Shown: positions 1 to 11,307 of the stretch, in pieces
Position numbering within the stretch: the stretch's first letter is position 1
Layout: every line of letters begins with the position of its first letter
DNA from: Tubulanus polymorphus
Lineage: Eukaryota > Animalia > Nemertea
Length of the DNA: 64,000 nucleotides
Assembly (NCBI RefSeq): GCF_964204645.1
Contig: NC_134035.1
Location: 9,704,451 to 9,768,450 of the forward strand
Direction of reading: 5' to 3'
Notes under the pieces: generated by a model
The model's input: only the letters and a program-made list of their open reading frames with translations
Told to the model about the DNA's origin: nothing
Databases searched by the model: none
Translations under genes and position numbers: made by a program

Positions 1-840
1 AACCACCAAGTGCAAGAAATGAAGAGGTTAATTGCGAGAAGTTCTGGAGAGAAGTTGAGTTAGAAATGCTATACAGAGGTCATGGTGCACAGAAAGGTAT
101 CCTAGGCCCAGGCTGGTTTGGTTTTATTATCATAATAGTTGCTGAAAGTCTTAATTATACATGTATACTGGTGAATATATTCAGATCACAGAGTAATCCC
201 AACATATGAAGCGTGGAGTCCATGGATTGGAGAGAAAACTAGAAGATCATCGATGTTGATTAACACTGAATATGAGAAATGCTCAGTGGAGGCAGGATTA
301 GAGGGTTCTGAGCCAATTCCTGAGGAAACTATTGAGCATCTTTTGAAGAATGAAAAGGCAAGTAATGTGAAACCTATTCACTATATGCTTCACTCAATTG
401 TAAAAATGAGAATTATGGGAGGTTATCATTTATGATTTATGTACATAAAGCCTACTTGTAACTCTCTATATTTATCCTTCATGCTAAACAGGTCAAGAAT
501 ATTCGTGCATTTTGTCGCAGAGCAAAAGTGGACAGTTAAGGTTCAGCAATGGACATGATACGCCGTCTGAGGGACATATCTAGAGCATCCTTCGACAGTA
601 TTTATGAAGATGTATTTGGACACTCAGGTAATCTAATGTGTTCAGGTGTTCTCAAATTAGTTGACTTCTTCATGTATGTGTTGATTGAAAGCTGCTTCTG
701 ACAAGTTGTTTACAGCGGATAGAAATCCCTTGGTCATTGAGACTTCAAAATAGAAATATCAGCACATATGTCTTCTTAGGTACAGGGGCATTTGCATATC
801 TGCTAAAAAAACTTGCCTTTACCTATTTCATTTTTTTCAG

Positions 841-1400
841 GTGGATGGGCAGTTGGTTGTTGTCCACATGGTGTATCGTATGCGATAAAAAATAATTTTC
901 GAGGTGAAAGTCCGAGGGATTATGTTGACCTGTTAAGAGGCATGAAACATCAGCCAACAATATCGATCTGTGATGTTGCCCATCTTGTGGCAAACTTTGC
1001 AAACTCCCGTTTTGACCAGATGTTTGGCCCAAATGATGGTCGACTGGCTGAAGCTAATGAAGATAATATACGGCGAGCAAAATCACATGAGCTAACTTTC
1101 AAAGCCGAATTTTTGGATGATATCAATAAACCGTATGAAATTTGTGATGATCCAGTTCATCCAGTTAAAAAATCCAATCATCACTATGCTTTATATGACT
1201 GGTTTCATCAGGAAAACTGTAAATCTGAGACAGAAATACTCAGACGTATATCCCTAGTAGATAATATTGCTGGTTTCATTGATTCAGAACGTGATGAACA
1301 GGAGTTCAGTCAACGCAAAAAAGATATCTATTTCTTAAATAAGATGAAACCAGGGACACACATGTTTGTCTTCAGACTTATCACTCATCTGCGTAATGAG
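841..1400 (+). CDS. KDZ transposase catalytic-core region (part of exon 841-2354)
   Basis: GGW..CCPHG..Y..K...RGESPRDYVDLL, H.P.ISICD, YDWFH..N and EQ.FS motifs in ORF 813..2378; polypyrimidine acceptor (ttttttcag) at 840. Confidence 0.8.
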
Positions 1401-1811
1401 TCTATCAATCTAATGCTCAACAAAAAGATGAAAGACCATCTGGGAAGCATTCAGCAGGACCCTATTGGTCGTACAATTCAGGCCCCAAAAGGATCAATGC
1501 AAAAACATGCTGATTGCAATAAAAAAGTAGAAAAATCCACCATCTCAATAACTCGCCGACTGCCAGAACAGAATATTTCATCAAATCAGTCGCGGGTTGA
1601 TGAAGTTTCATTACGGTCTAGATGTTTGTCCTTTATTAATAAACTCACAAATCCAAAAATTCTCAATGCATTCATCGATTTGAACATTAGTGAAATGTGT
1701 GGTGAAGAATTACGTGGAGTACATGACAACCTCCTTTATGCGTCAACGGTTATTGGAAAAACTGCTCCATCGCACAGACATATTGAAGTAAGAGCAAATT
1801 GTGATGGAGTC

Positions 1812-2330
1812 ATGTACATGCAGACTCAAGGGAGTACAAATTATTGTGGTCTGTGTGCTGTCAATAATTTAGTTGGCGCAAGCGCAATCTCGATCAAATA
1901 TATGGATAGTATATCTGATGCTTTGTGGATTGGACAACTGTTGAATCCAGGAATTGGTCCAACATGCCGTATTCTTCCTCCTAGAGATCTGGAGGGATTC
2001 TATAGCATGGATGTAATAGAAGATTGTTTAGAGCGTCTGCACTGTGAAGTCATAAACATTGTGGCTGGCGTTGGTAGTAGTGAATCAGATGAGGAATTGT
2101 TGCTTCTTTTAGAGAGTGCATTTGGAGGTAGCGCTGGTACATGTATAATGTCTCTTCTGATAAAAACTGCACGTAGTGATCATTGGGTTGTTGTAAGGCG
2201 TGGTGCAAGTAAAAGATTTTACCTACTTGACTCAAGGCAAGCTCGGCCTGTTGAATTAAGTAACAGCTATTGTTTAGATTATCTACGAATACAAAGTATC
2301 TCCGGAGCTGTTTATGCTGTGCGATCGCGT
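1812..2330 (+). CDS. Josephin (ataxin-3/JOSD-like) papain-fold deubiquitinase-like domain, in frame with the transposase
   Basis: MYMQTQGSTNYCGLCAVNNL (Cys 1845-1847), GFYSMDVIEDCL, HWVVVRR (His 2181-2183) and FYLLDSRQARP (Asp 2229-2231) parallel the Josephin motifs YHExQ...LCxxHALNN / GNYDVNVIMxAL / HWxxxR / YxLDS.xxP. Confidence 0.75.
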
Positions 2331-2504
2331 CAAACCCATGTACTTTTACAAGATGTGAGTAAGAAATTTTACTTTTGAAGTTATAAAGTTCTATACCTCG
2401 GTATCTTATTTTCACCTCAATTGTCAAATTGAATATGTACATGGAATCTATTTCAGCAGGATCAATCGCCGCCTGACTTGACACCAGTAAGTAACACATC
2501 TTGT

Positions 2505-3466
2505 TCAACTTATGTTATTGTTATATGAATAATCAATTTATTTCGAAAATGAATAATTTTCATTCCAGAATCTTGTCGGCGAAAATAATGAAGAAAATGT
2601 AGTCACTGATATGACATCATCTGAATTAAGAAGTGTAAGTAAACAAATAAATCTTATATGTACGTTGTTCGACTTCTTATATTGTTATATGAATAATCAA
2701 TTTATTTCGAAAATGAATAATTTTCATTCCAGAATCTTGTCGGCGAAAATAATGAAGAAAATGTAGTCACTGATATGACATCATCTGAATTAAGAAGTGT
2801 AAGTAAACAAATAAATCTTATATGTACGTTGTTCGACTTCTTATATTGTTATATGAATAATCAATTTATTTCGAAAATGAATAATTTTCATTCCAGAATC
2901 TTGTCGGCGAAAATAATGAAGAAAATGTAGTCACTGATATGACATCATCTGAATTAAGAAGTGTAAGTAAAAAAATAAATCTTATATGTACGTTGTTCGA
3001 CTTCTTATATTGTTATATGAATAATCAATTTATTTCGAAAATGAATAATTTTCATTCCAGAATCTTGTCGGCGAAAATAATGAAGAAAATGTAGTCACTG
3101 ATATGACATCATTTGAATTAAGAAGTGTAAGTAAACAAATAAATCTTATATGTACGTTGTTCAACTTCTTATATTGTTATATGAATAATCAATTTATTTC
3201 GAAAATGAATAATTTTCATTCCAGAATCTTGGCATCGAAAATAATGAAGAAAATGTAGTCACTGATATGACATCATCTGAAGTAAGAAGTGTAAGTAAAC
3301 AAATAAATCTTATATGTACGTTGTTCAACTTCTTATATTGTTATATGAATAATCAATTTATTTCGAAAATGAATAATTTTCATTCCAGAATCTTGTCGGC
3401 GAAAATAATGAAGAAAATGTAGTCACTGATATGACATCACGCAAAAGATCTTTTCTTGAACAAGCA
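2505..3466 (+). repeat. Tandem array of six 164-bp intron+exon units, each with a 66-nt phase-0 exon (NLVGENNEENVVTDMTSSELRS)
   Basis: Exon starts at 2569, 2733, 2897, 3061, 3225 and 3389, each preceded by ttttcattccag. Units 1-5 are followed by gtaagt; the sixth exon has a different 3' end (to 3466). Only a few substitutions between units. Confidence 0.9.
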
Positions 3467-4056
3467 GTATGTGAGAAAGAATTAATCAACATTAATGAAA
3501 AAATGAAACTTTCAATCTAAAAACTTTCAGATTGTATGTGAACGTTGTTTGTAGCAATCTAAATGAATTTCATACAATTTGACATTCATAAATGAATTTT
3601 ACTAATTAACCTTTTTCCATGCATTTCTGACTATAGAACACCATTCTGGAAAAATGTGCATGCGCATTTTCAATCATCCTCTTAAGAATTGACCTGGTAT
3701 GTCATTGTTTCCAGGTATCTGAAATTGATTTAGAAGTACACCAACAACTTCGAATTAATCCAAAGAAGGTAATTTTAGATTCATTTTCTCCCCATATAAG
3801 TGTGGTTATTAATGGAATGTATGTATGGGATACTGGAAATAAATTTATACCGGTAATTGATTTTCAGGCAAGACAGAGTGTATCATTTGTTTGGGAGTTT
3901 CCAAGACCTCAGGTACTTGGTAGCCACAGATAGAAATTAGATATCAAATCAGTTTCACATTGTATCGCTTTACTAAACATATCATAGAACTAATATCACA
4001 TCATTTGTGTCTCGTTTTAGAAAATATTCTTAGAATGTACATGTACTTAATTTCAG

Positions 4057-4478
4057 AAACGTAGGAGAAGTGCCTTCTTATCTGACCTACCAGCTGATAT
4101 CCAGATATATTGTTTGTGTGAGAAAACAGATACAGGCAGGTAAGCTTTCATATCTATTCAATCAATGCCTTATGGTGAACGTTTGGTCGCATTACCTTCA
4201 TATATGATATCATTCTTATATTTTGTATTTCTTCTAATTTCCTAGATATACTTCCTAAAATGTTTACATAATACTGTTGTCAATACTGTACATAGCATCG
4301 TTTATCTTATAACATATGTGAGAGAATGTTGGATACATAAACCTTTTACTGTAGTTTGTATATTGCTTGTGATGAATGTAAGTGCTGGTTCCATCCACCT
4401 TGTGTCGGAATGAAGGAATTGTCAGAGTTGGAGGCAGAAGCCATAGAATTTGTGTGTGACACATGTCAAAATAAAGAG
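4057..4478 (+). CDS. PHD finger 1 of the KDZ gene (two exons)
   Basis: Spliced 4057-4139 + 4355-4478: IYCLCEKTDTGSLYIACDECKCWFHPPCVGM...FVCDTC (C4HC3). Confidence 0.85.
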
Positions 4479-4782
4479 GTAACTATGTCATCATCAAGAT
4501 GAACTGGATGAAAAACAATATGACACAGTCTTTTCTGATAAATTTCAGATGAAAAATACTGGAACCGTAAGAAATGTAGCTTTGAAGAGGAAATCTCGAA
4601 AACCAAAAGTAAAGGAACTTCTTTTTAATCTTCGCTAAGAAAACATATCCTTTCTGCTATAAGGCATTTGTAAATGTGTATGATTTCATTATGATGTCAT
4701 TGTATTCATCGTTTGAAAAATGTACAGTCTGCATTATAAATATATTTCTAATGGAATTTTTCTTGATAATATTCTTTTAAAG

Positions 4783-5109
4783 GAGTCACGTTTAAAGAGT
4801 ATATCTGAATTACCTCAAGATATGAAAGTATTCTGTTTTTGTAAGAATAAAAGGTAATCTATGCTTTTTGATAAGAAAAATGATATATTTTTACATGTAC
4901 CTGATATTTCATTTACATTTATTGAATTATTATTACCTTCTCATTGCAGTGTTAATGTTATTGTTTGCAATAGCCAGTTTTGTCAATGGGCCATACATCC
5001 TGAATGTATAGGTGTTAAGTCCGAACATCTCGACCTGAATGATATGTATTTTTGTGTGATGTGTTCGATTGGTCAGTTACGGAAAAAATGTCTGGATGCC
5101 CTGAAGAAG
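4783..5109 (+). CDS. PHD finger 2 of the KDZ gene (two exons)
   Basis: Spliced 4783-4853 + 4950-5109: VFCFCKNKSVNVIVCNSQFCQWAIHPECIGV...YFCVMC; intron in a similar position and the same phase as in PHD1. Confidence 0.8.
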
Positions 5110-5291
5110 GTCTTTTTCAATACCAAAAATTAATTTTTGTCAATACCCATACATTTTTGTATTTTCGATAGGCTTATAAGCTATGAGAGGCTTAAATGAT
5201 CAGTTGGCAAATGTATATCATTATTGTTTATAAAGGTTGAAAAAGTAGTCGAGATGAGGTCCCCCTGTCCTTGCTGCTTGACAGATAGAGT

Positions 5292-5533
5292 TGTCGAGAA
5301 CAGGATGTTTATGTAAATATGTCAGTAACCATATAGTGTTCACTCCCCCTTAGCCTATGTAGCGAATCATCATATATTTTAGCATGCGCATGTGCAGTCG
5401 GGACAGGTGGTTAGCCTGTGTGTGACCGAAATAAACGAGTATCTTATGATCTGTAGACTGAACCCGTCGTGTTTTTAGTCTTTCTCTTCTTTTATCTCCG
5501 AACCTGGTCTTCTTTGTGACTCGCAACGCCACA
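5292..5533 (+). repeat. 5' LTR (242 bp)
   Basis: TGTCGAGAAC...AACGCCACA; no differences from the 3' LTR seen by eye. Confidence 0.97.
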
Positions 5534-5534
5534 T

Positions 5535-5552
5535 TGGTGCCGTGACCAGGAT
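5535..5552 (+). promoter_or_regulatory. Primer-binding site complementary to the tRNA-His 3' end
   Basis: TGGTGCCGTGACCAGGAT one base after the LTR; reverse complement of a eukaryotic tRNA-His acceptor end (...TCACGGCACCA). Confidence 0.85.
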
Positions 5553-5559
5553 CAGCCGA

Positions 5560-8500
5560 ATGGAGGATACTCAACTGAACCGGTCGACAATCACACGAAC
5601 TGCAATCAGGCAGAAAGTTGATGATCTCGTCGTGAAATCGTCAACAATCGTCGAAGATTTTCGAACGACCGAAGACGATGTAGATTTACTAAATATCTAC
5701 ATCGAGCAGATCACAGAAAAGTTAAGTCGACTAGAGAAGCTAGACTCGACAATCGAGGACCTAACTCCTTTAACGCATCTTTCAGACACGATTCAAGAAG
5801 CAGAGGACTTCAGATCTAGCGTCATCGAAAAACGCGGCCGAATAATCCGATTTGTAGAAAAGGCGAAGCACACAACGCAACCTCATAATTCTTCGATGAA
5901 CAATTCCGGTGCTTCTGCGACGCCATTTCGCCCGAACAAGGTAAATCTACCTAAACTTACGCTCGCCAAATTCGACGGCGATTTACTCAAATGGCAGGAA
6001 TTCATAGACGGATTCAATTCAGCGGTCAACGACGACTCGAATCTCGACGACGTCGTTAAGTTTCAATACTTACGCGCACAACTTAACGGCGAAGCTTACA
6101 GAACGATCGAGGGTCTGGCCCTCACCGCGTCGAATTATGCGAACGCACTTCAAGTACTGATAAAAAGGTATGGGCAACCGCAAATCATTATCAGTGCATA
6201 TATGCGAGCGTTATGGGAACTTTCGCGACCGACAGAAGACATGCAGAGTCTGATGGAATTTTCGGACAAACTGGAAACATATATCCGAGGACTAAGTGCG
6301 CTCGGAAAAAACGAAGATAGCTACGGAGATTTGTTGACTCCGATTATCTTAGATAAACTGCCTGGGATGATACGACGACAGATAACGAGGGATAATAACG
6401 GCGCGAATTGGAATCTCCAGTCGTTGCGAGATGCCCTTTCGAGAGAGATAACAGCGTTCCAGGCAGGAGTTTCAGTGTACCCAGAAACTGCTCACCTGGG
6501 TACCACGTCAGCGTTCCACGTGGGCAATGCGATCAAGAGAAAACCATTAAAATGTACATTTTGTAAAGGGACACATTTCGCGTCAGATTGTGTTCTTGTA
6601 ACCGAACCAGAGAAACGCCTGGATATCGTTAAACGTGATAAACTTTGTTTTAATTGCATGGGCACTCATCGTTCTCGGGACTGTAAATCCAAGAACACAT
6701 GTAAAAAGTGCAGAGGGAAACATCACACGTTACTATGTGGTTCCTCCCTTACAGAAACGCGCGAGATTTCTACGAAAAATCGACCGCAAAACCCACAAAA
6801 CGGAAGCAGAAGCGATTCTCACGATGTAAAAACTGTTCATCAAACGTATGCCGGCGCCCAACAACCACGACCAGATGGGCCCATACTTCTTAAAACAGCT
6901 GTGGCGGAGATTTTTTCGCCATCAACTTCCGCTAATAACCGCTCGAATGGTCGTAAGATAAACATTTTACTGGACGAAGGCAGCCATAGATCGTTTATCA
7001 CGACGCGAGTTTCTGTCAGCTTAAATCTCCCACATCTGGGCCAAGAGGAAATCAATCTAGCGACGTTCGGAGAACAACTGGCCGGTCGGCGATTACTTCA
7101 AAGAACGAACTTTAACATCGCGTCATCAGAGGGTTCACCGATACTAATTGAAGCCCTCGTGATACCGACCATCTCCACGCCAATCAGCAATCTTGTAAAC
7201 AATAAAGTTTTGGATCTTCCGCATCTGCGAAACCTAACTCTAGCGGAACAGCCATCATCAATAACCGGCGACTTTGATATCGATGTATTAATTGGCGCCG
7301 ATTACTACTGGTCTATAGTCGGCGATAATACCGTGAAGGGCTACGGCCCGACTGCCGTTTCATCACGTATAGGGTATCTCTTATCAGGGCCCATACCGAG
7401 CCACACCTTACTCACCGGAGTAAGGAATTCAACCGTTCTCAACGTATCTTGTGTGAGAAATATGGATCTCAATTCGCACCGCGGAGAGGAAGTCTCATTA
7501 CAATCGTTTTGGGACTTAGAAACGATCGGCATCAAAGATGACGCTTCTTTGATAAAAAACCGTGGACTTGCTTATTCGGACTATATTAAAACCCATCTAA
7601 CTGTTGATAGCGATGGACGCTATACTGCGAAACTACCTTGGAAAGAAAGCCACGCCCCCTTGCCGGACAACAGACACGTGGCCGAAGCACGGACTCGCAG
7701 TATGATACGCCGTTTATCCGCAGAAATGAGAACCGTATACGATGCAATAATTGAAGAACAACTGTCGCGTGATTTCATAGAGGATGTAACACATGACATC
7801 TCCAGTATCGGACACTATTTACCCCACCGAGGAGTAAAAAAGGACTCTACTACCACGCCCCTCAGAATCGTTTTCGACTGCAGTTGTAGAGTCGGAAGCG
7901 AACCGTCGTTGAATGATTGCTTGGAAACTGGACCCCCGCTCCTAAACGATTTGGTATCTATATTGTTGCGATTTCGATTGTACTCTACGGGAATATCCAC
8001 CGATATCGAAAAGGCATTTTTACAAATAAGACTCCACGAACACGATCGGAAGTATACCAAATTCTTGTGGTTAACCGACCCGAATGATCCAGAAAGCGAT
8101 TTCAAAGTACTTCAGTTTAAAAGTATCCTGTTCGGAGCGGTCTCGAGCCCGTTTGTTCTTAATGCCACTGTCAAATCCCACTTAGCCAATTACGATTGCG
8201 AAACCGCGGGGAAATTGGCCGAAAACATATACGTGGATAATATCGTCACTGGAATAACATCTGAGGACAAAGCGATAAACTTTTATGCACAATCAAACGA
8301 AATAATGAATTCTGCAGGCTTGGCCCTCAGAGCGTGGGCAACTAATTGCCAGAGACTGCGTAATTTGGCGAGCTCGGATGGAGTAGCCGAGTCGAAACCC
8401 ATCGCGAACGTCCTCGGGATCCGATGGGACACTCATAACGACACCCTTAGCATTAAGGTAGATGACGGAACGTCCGATCTGGTGACAAAACGTGAGGTAG

Positions 8501-10893
8501 TTAGCGCGGCGTCGAAGTTATATGATCCGCTTGGTTTTCTGGCCCCCGTACAGGTCAGGGCTAAGATGTACATCCAGGAACTCTGGAAACTTAATCTAGG
8601 CTGGGACGACCCAGTACAGGACGAATCAATGCGAGAAAAATGGTTCTCGATTCGGAATGATTTGTCACGTGCGTCAGAAATTGTGTTATCAAGGAAATAC
8701 TTAAGTCAACCGCAAACCCAGAATTATGAAATACACGTGTTTGCTGATAGCAGCAAAGCAGCATTTGGAGCTGTGGTTTATTTACGAAACCAGCATGATA
8801 CATCGTTTGTTATGTCTAAGACACGTGTCGCACCAGTAAAGGAATTAACTATTCCACGACTGGAATTACTTGCTGCTTTGACCGGTTCGAAGCTTATCGA
8901 TTATGTAACTGAATCGCTCGGTTCCGAAATCGCTATAACCAAAAAAGTGCTTTGGAGCGATAGTCAGATTGTGCTTTGTTGGTTGAACTCCGATCGAAAG
9001 TTACCAGTATTCGTCAGCAACCGCGTGAAACAGATTAAATCTATCAAAATTGACGAGTACCGTTACTGCCCGACGTCTGATAATCCGGCAGACATACTGT
9101 CGCGTGGAATCGACTCCGAGAAACTACGGCATTCTAATTTGTGGTGGTTTGGCCCCGAATGGCTGAAACATGGCGACTGGCCCGTGGATAAATTATACGC
9201 TGACACTAGCACAGTTAATATCCTCCACATCAACGATCCTCAACCCGGGCAGGTTGAAGACGCGGAGGACGAACGGATTGGTTTGGTAGAATTAATCGAC
9301 ATTGAACGATTCATAGAGTTAGGATCATTATTACGTGTCACCGCTTACGTTTTCTTGTTTGTCGCGAAACTTCAACGCCAGACAGATCGGTCCGCCGCGG
9401 ATCTGACGCCGAATGATATAGCCCGAGCTAGAACGGCGTGGATTAAAGCTGTGCAAAATGCTAATTATTCGAATGAAATTTTCGTGCTGCAGGGTAATCA
9501 TGCAAAATCGCGAGCGCCCCTGACAAAACAGCTACGGTTGTTTTTTGGCGATGATAGCTTGTTGAGAGTTGGAGGGAGACTCCATAACGCCCCGATTGAT
9601 TATGGCGCGAAATTCCCAATATTACTTCCCCCGAAAGGGCGATTTACCGAGTTAACTGTGATTGATGCTCACGCGAGAGCACTTCATTTGGGTACAGAAT
9701 CAACGATTAACCGTATTCGACAAACGTATTGGATTCAAAGTATCAGGAAAGTCGTTAAATCTCTGTTGCGAAAATGTTACAATTGCAAAATCATTAGTGG
9801 TCAGCCATACCCACTACCGGACCCTGCACCGTTGCAGAAGAGCAGGCTGACAGATGCCCCTCCCTTTACCGTAACGGGAGTGGATTTCACCGGACATTTG
9901 TTCGTGAGAGATAACAACAGAGAAGCGAAAGCGTATATAGTCTTGTTTACATGTGCGAACACACGTGCCGTTCATCTCGAGGTTGTTTCTGATATGTCGT
10001 GTGCCACATTTCTTCTCGCCTTCCGACGTTTCGCCGCACGTCGATCCTTACCTCAAAAGTTGATAAGTGATAACGGATCGGCATTCGTGGCCGCGGTGGG
10101 AGAATTAAAGAAGCTTCTCGATATTCATTCGGTTCGAAAATACATGCTCGAGAAAAATGTTGAATGGGTATTTATACCAAAGGCCGCCCCATGGCATGGT
10201 GGCTTTTGGGAACGTTTAGTTGGACTTACGAAACAAGTTCTGAAACGTGTTTTAGTCCGCGCATACATATCGATGTCTGAACTTATTACGCTCGTCGCGG
10301 AAATCGAAATGGTGATCAACAACCGCCCGCTTACGTATTTGTCCGATGACGTAACTGACCCAGAACCGCTAACACCATCGCACCTCCTTCACGGACGAGT
10401 TATGTCGAATCTACCGCACCTATCTGATACCGATGCTATCAGTGATCCGGAGTATGGTGTTTCGATAAACACACAAAACCTCCAGAAACGCGCACAAAGA
10501 GTGATGGAACTCTTCGAACATTTTCGGTCTCGTTGGACCAACGAATACGTTATTGCGCTACGTGAACGACATCTGTCCATGCGAAATAATGGCAGAACAA
10601 GCGAGATTCGATCAGGAGACGTTGTACTCGTACACGACGACCAAAAACGTAGAATTAACTGGAAGCTCGCGATCGTAACGAAACTGAACTACGGGAACGA
10701 CGGCGCAGTTCGTTCAGCAGAAATTAGAATGGGCACTACAAATACTAGCCGACCTATAAATAAACTGTTCCCGCTTGAAATTAACACCGATATGGACTTT
10801 AAAGAGCCTGGCCCAGTTATAGCCTCCGATCCGCGACCCGTGCGAAACGCAGCGCGAAAGGCTCGTGCAAAAATCGTCGAATGTTTGAAATAG
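5560..10893 (+). CDS. BEL/Pao Gag-Pol polyprotein (DUF1759-type gag, 3 Zn knuckles, aspartic protease, RT, RNase H, integrase)
   Basis: LPKLTLAKFDGD..KWQEF; CTFC..H...C / CFNC..H...C / CKKC..HHTLLC; LLDEGS; YLPH..V, DIEKAFLQI, YVDN; FADSS..AFG, ELTIPRLEL; H..H..C..C, GVDFTG, SDNG, GGFWERLV. First ATG at 5560 within ORF 5542..10893. Confidence 0.97.
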   Translation: MEDTQLNRSTITRTAIRQKVDDLVVKSSTIVEDFRTTEDDVDLLNIYIEQITEKLSRLEKLDSTIEDLTPLTHLSDTIQEAEDFRSSVIEKRGRIIRFVEKAKHTTQPHNSSMNNSGASATPFRPNKVNLPKLTLAKFDGDLLKWQEFIDGFNSAVNDDSNLDDVVKFQYLRAQLNGEAYRTIEGLALTASNYANALQVLIKRYGQPQIIISAYMRALWELSRPTEDMQSLMEFSDKLETYIRGLSALGKNEDSYGDLLTPIILDKLPGMIRRQITRDNNGANWNLQSLRDALSREITAFQAGVSVYPETAHLGTTSAFHVGNAIKRKPLKCTFCKGTHFASDCVLVTEPEKRLDIVKRDKLCFNCMGTHRSRDCKSKNTCKKCRGKHHTLLCGSSLTETREISTKNRPQNPQNGSRSDSHDVKTVHQTYAGAQQPRPDGPILLKTAVAEIFSPSTSANNRSNGRKINILLDEGSHRSFITTRVSVSLNLPHLGQEEINLATFGEQLAGRRLLQRTNFNIASSEGSPILIEALVIPTISTPISNLVNNKVLDLPHLRNLTLAEQPSSITGDFDIDVLIGADYYWSIVGDNTVKGYGPTAVSSRIGYLLSGPIPSHTLLTGVRNSTVLNVSCVRNMDLNSHRGEEVSLQSFWDLETIGIKDDASLIKNRGLAYSDYIKTHLTVDSDGRYTAKLPWKESHAPLPDNRHVAEARTRSMIRRLSAEMRTVYDAIIEEQLSRDFIEDVTHDISSIGHYLPHRGVKKDSTTTPLRIVFDCSCRVGSEPSLNDCLETGPPLLNDLVSILLRFRLYSTGISTDIEKAFLQIRLHEHDRKYTKFLWLTDPNDPESDFKVLQFKSILFGAVSSPFVLNATVKSHLANYDCETAGKLAENIYVDNIVTGITSEDKAINFYAQSNEIMNSAGLALRAWATNCQRLRNLASSDGVAESKPIANVLGIRWDTHNDTLSIKVDDGTSDLVTKREVVSAASKLYDPLGFLAPVQVRAKMYIQELWKLNLGWDDPVQDESMREKWFSIRNDLSRASEIVLSRKYLSQPQTQNYEIHVFADSSKAAFGAVVYLRNQHDTSFVMSKTRVAPVKELTIPRLELLAALTGSKLIDYVTESLGSEIAITKKVLWSDSQIVLCWLNSDRKLPVFVSNRVKQIKSIKIDEYRYCPTSDNPADILSRGIDSEKLRHSNLWWFGPEWLKHGDWPVDKLYADTSTVNILHINDPQPGQVEDAEDERIGLVELIDIERFIELGSLLRVTAYVFLFVAKLQRQTDRSAADLTPNDIARARTAWIKAVQNANYSNEIFVLQGNHAKSRAPLTKQLRLFFGDDSLLRVGGRLHNAPIDYGAKFPILLPPKGRFTELTVIDAHARALHLGTESTINRIRQTYWIQSIRKVVKSLLRKCYNCKIISGQPYPLPDPAPLQKSRLTDAPPFTVTGVDFTGHLFVRDNNREAKAYIVLFTCANTRAVHLEVVSDMSCATFLLAFRRFAARRSLPQKLISDNGSAFVAAVGELKKLLDIHSVRKYMLEKNVEWVFIPKAAPWHGGFWERLVGLTKQVLKRVLVRAYISMSELITLVAEIEMVINNRPLTYLSDDVTDPEPLTPSHLLHGRVMSNLPHLSDTDAISDPEYGVSINTQNLQKRAQRVMELFEHFRSRWTNEYVIALRERHLSMRNNGRTSEIRSGDVVLVHDDQKRRINWKLAIVTKLNYGNDGAVRSAEIRMGTTNTSRPINKLFPLEINTDMDFKEPGPVIASDPRPVRNAARKARAKIVECLK

Positions 10894-11065
10894 TTGCATA
10901 ATAGTTACTATCAATGCCTGAATTTACTATTTAATCGTATTTTGAATTAACGTTTAGTTGTTTATTGATTTCCATAAGCTTTATTTACTTAATCCATTGT
11001 AATGATTAGTCATATATCTCTCCGTTCTTACTCTTTATTTGTTTACCTTTGTCGCCCCGGAGAAA

Positions 11066-11307
11066 TGTCGAGAACAGGATGTTTATGTAAATATGTCAGT
11101 AACCATATAGTGTTCACTCCCCCTTAGCCTATGTAGCGAATCATCATATATTTTAGCATGCGCATGTGCAGTCGGGACAGGTGGTTAGCCTGTGTGTGAC
11201 CGAAATAAACGAGTATCTTATGATCTGTAGACTGAACCCGTCGTGTTTTTAGTCTTTCTCTTCTTTTATCTCCGAACCTGGTCTTCTTTGTGACTCGCAA
11301 CGCCACA
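11066..11307 (+). repeat. 3' LTR (242 bp)
   Basis: Copy of 5292-5533 followed by TSD AGAGT. Confidence 0.97.

Larger units (their letters stand above)
5292..11307 (+). mobile_element. Full-length BEL/Pao LTR retrotransposon
   Basis: TG..CA LTRs at 5292-5533 and 11066-11307, 5-bp TSD AGAGT (5287-5291, 11308-11312), PBS after the 5' LTR, PPT-like GCCCCGGAGAAA before the 3' LTR, single intact gag-pol ORF. Confidence 0.97.

Noticed and set aside
97-184. Possible U12-type intron (donor GTATCCTAG)
   Set aside because: Donor deviates from RTATCCTTT and there is no TCCTTAAC branch site near the acceptor.
2505-3466. Regular repeat array resembling a CRISPR
   Set aside because: The whole 164-bp unit repeats with no unique spacers; eukaryotic context; units are intron+exon.
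5350-5574. Minus-strand ORFs 5350-5574 and 11124-11333 with identical peptides
   Set aside because: The identity is explained by the LTR duplication; no coding signal.
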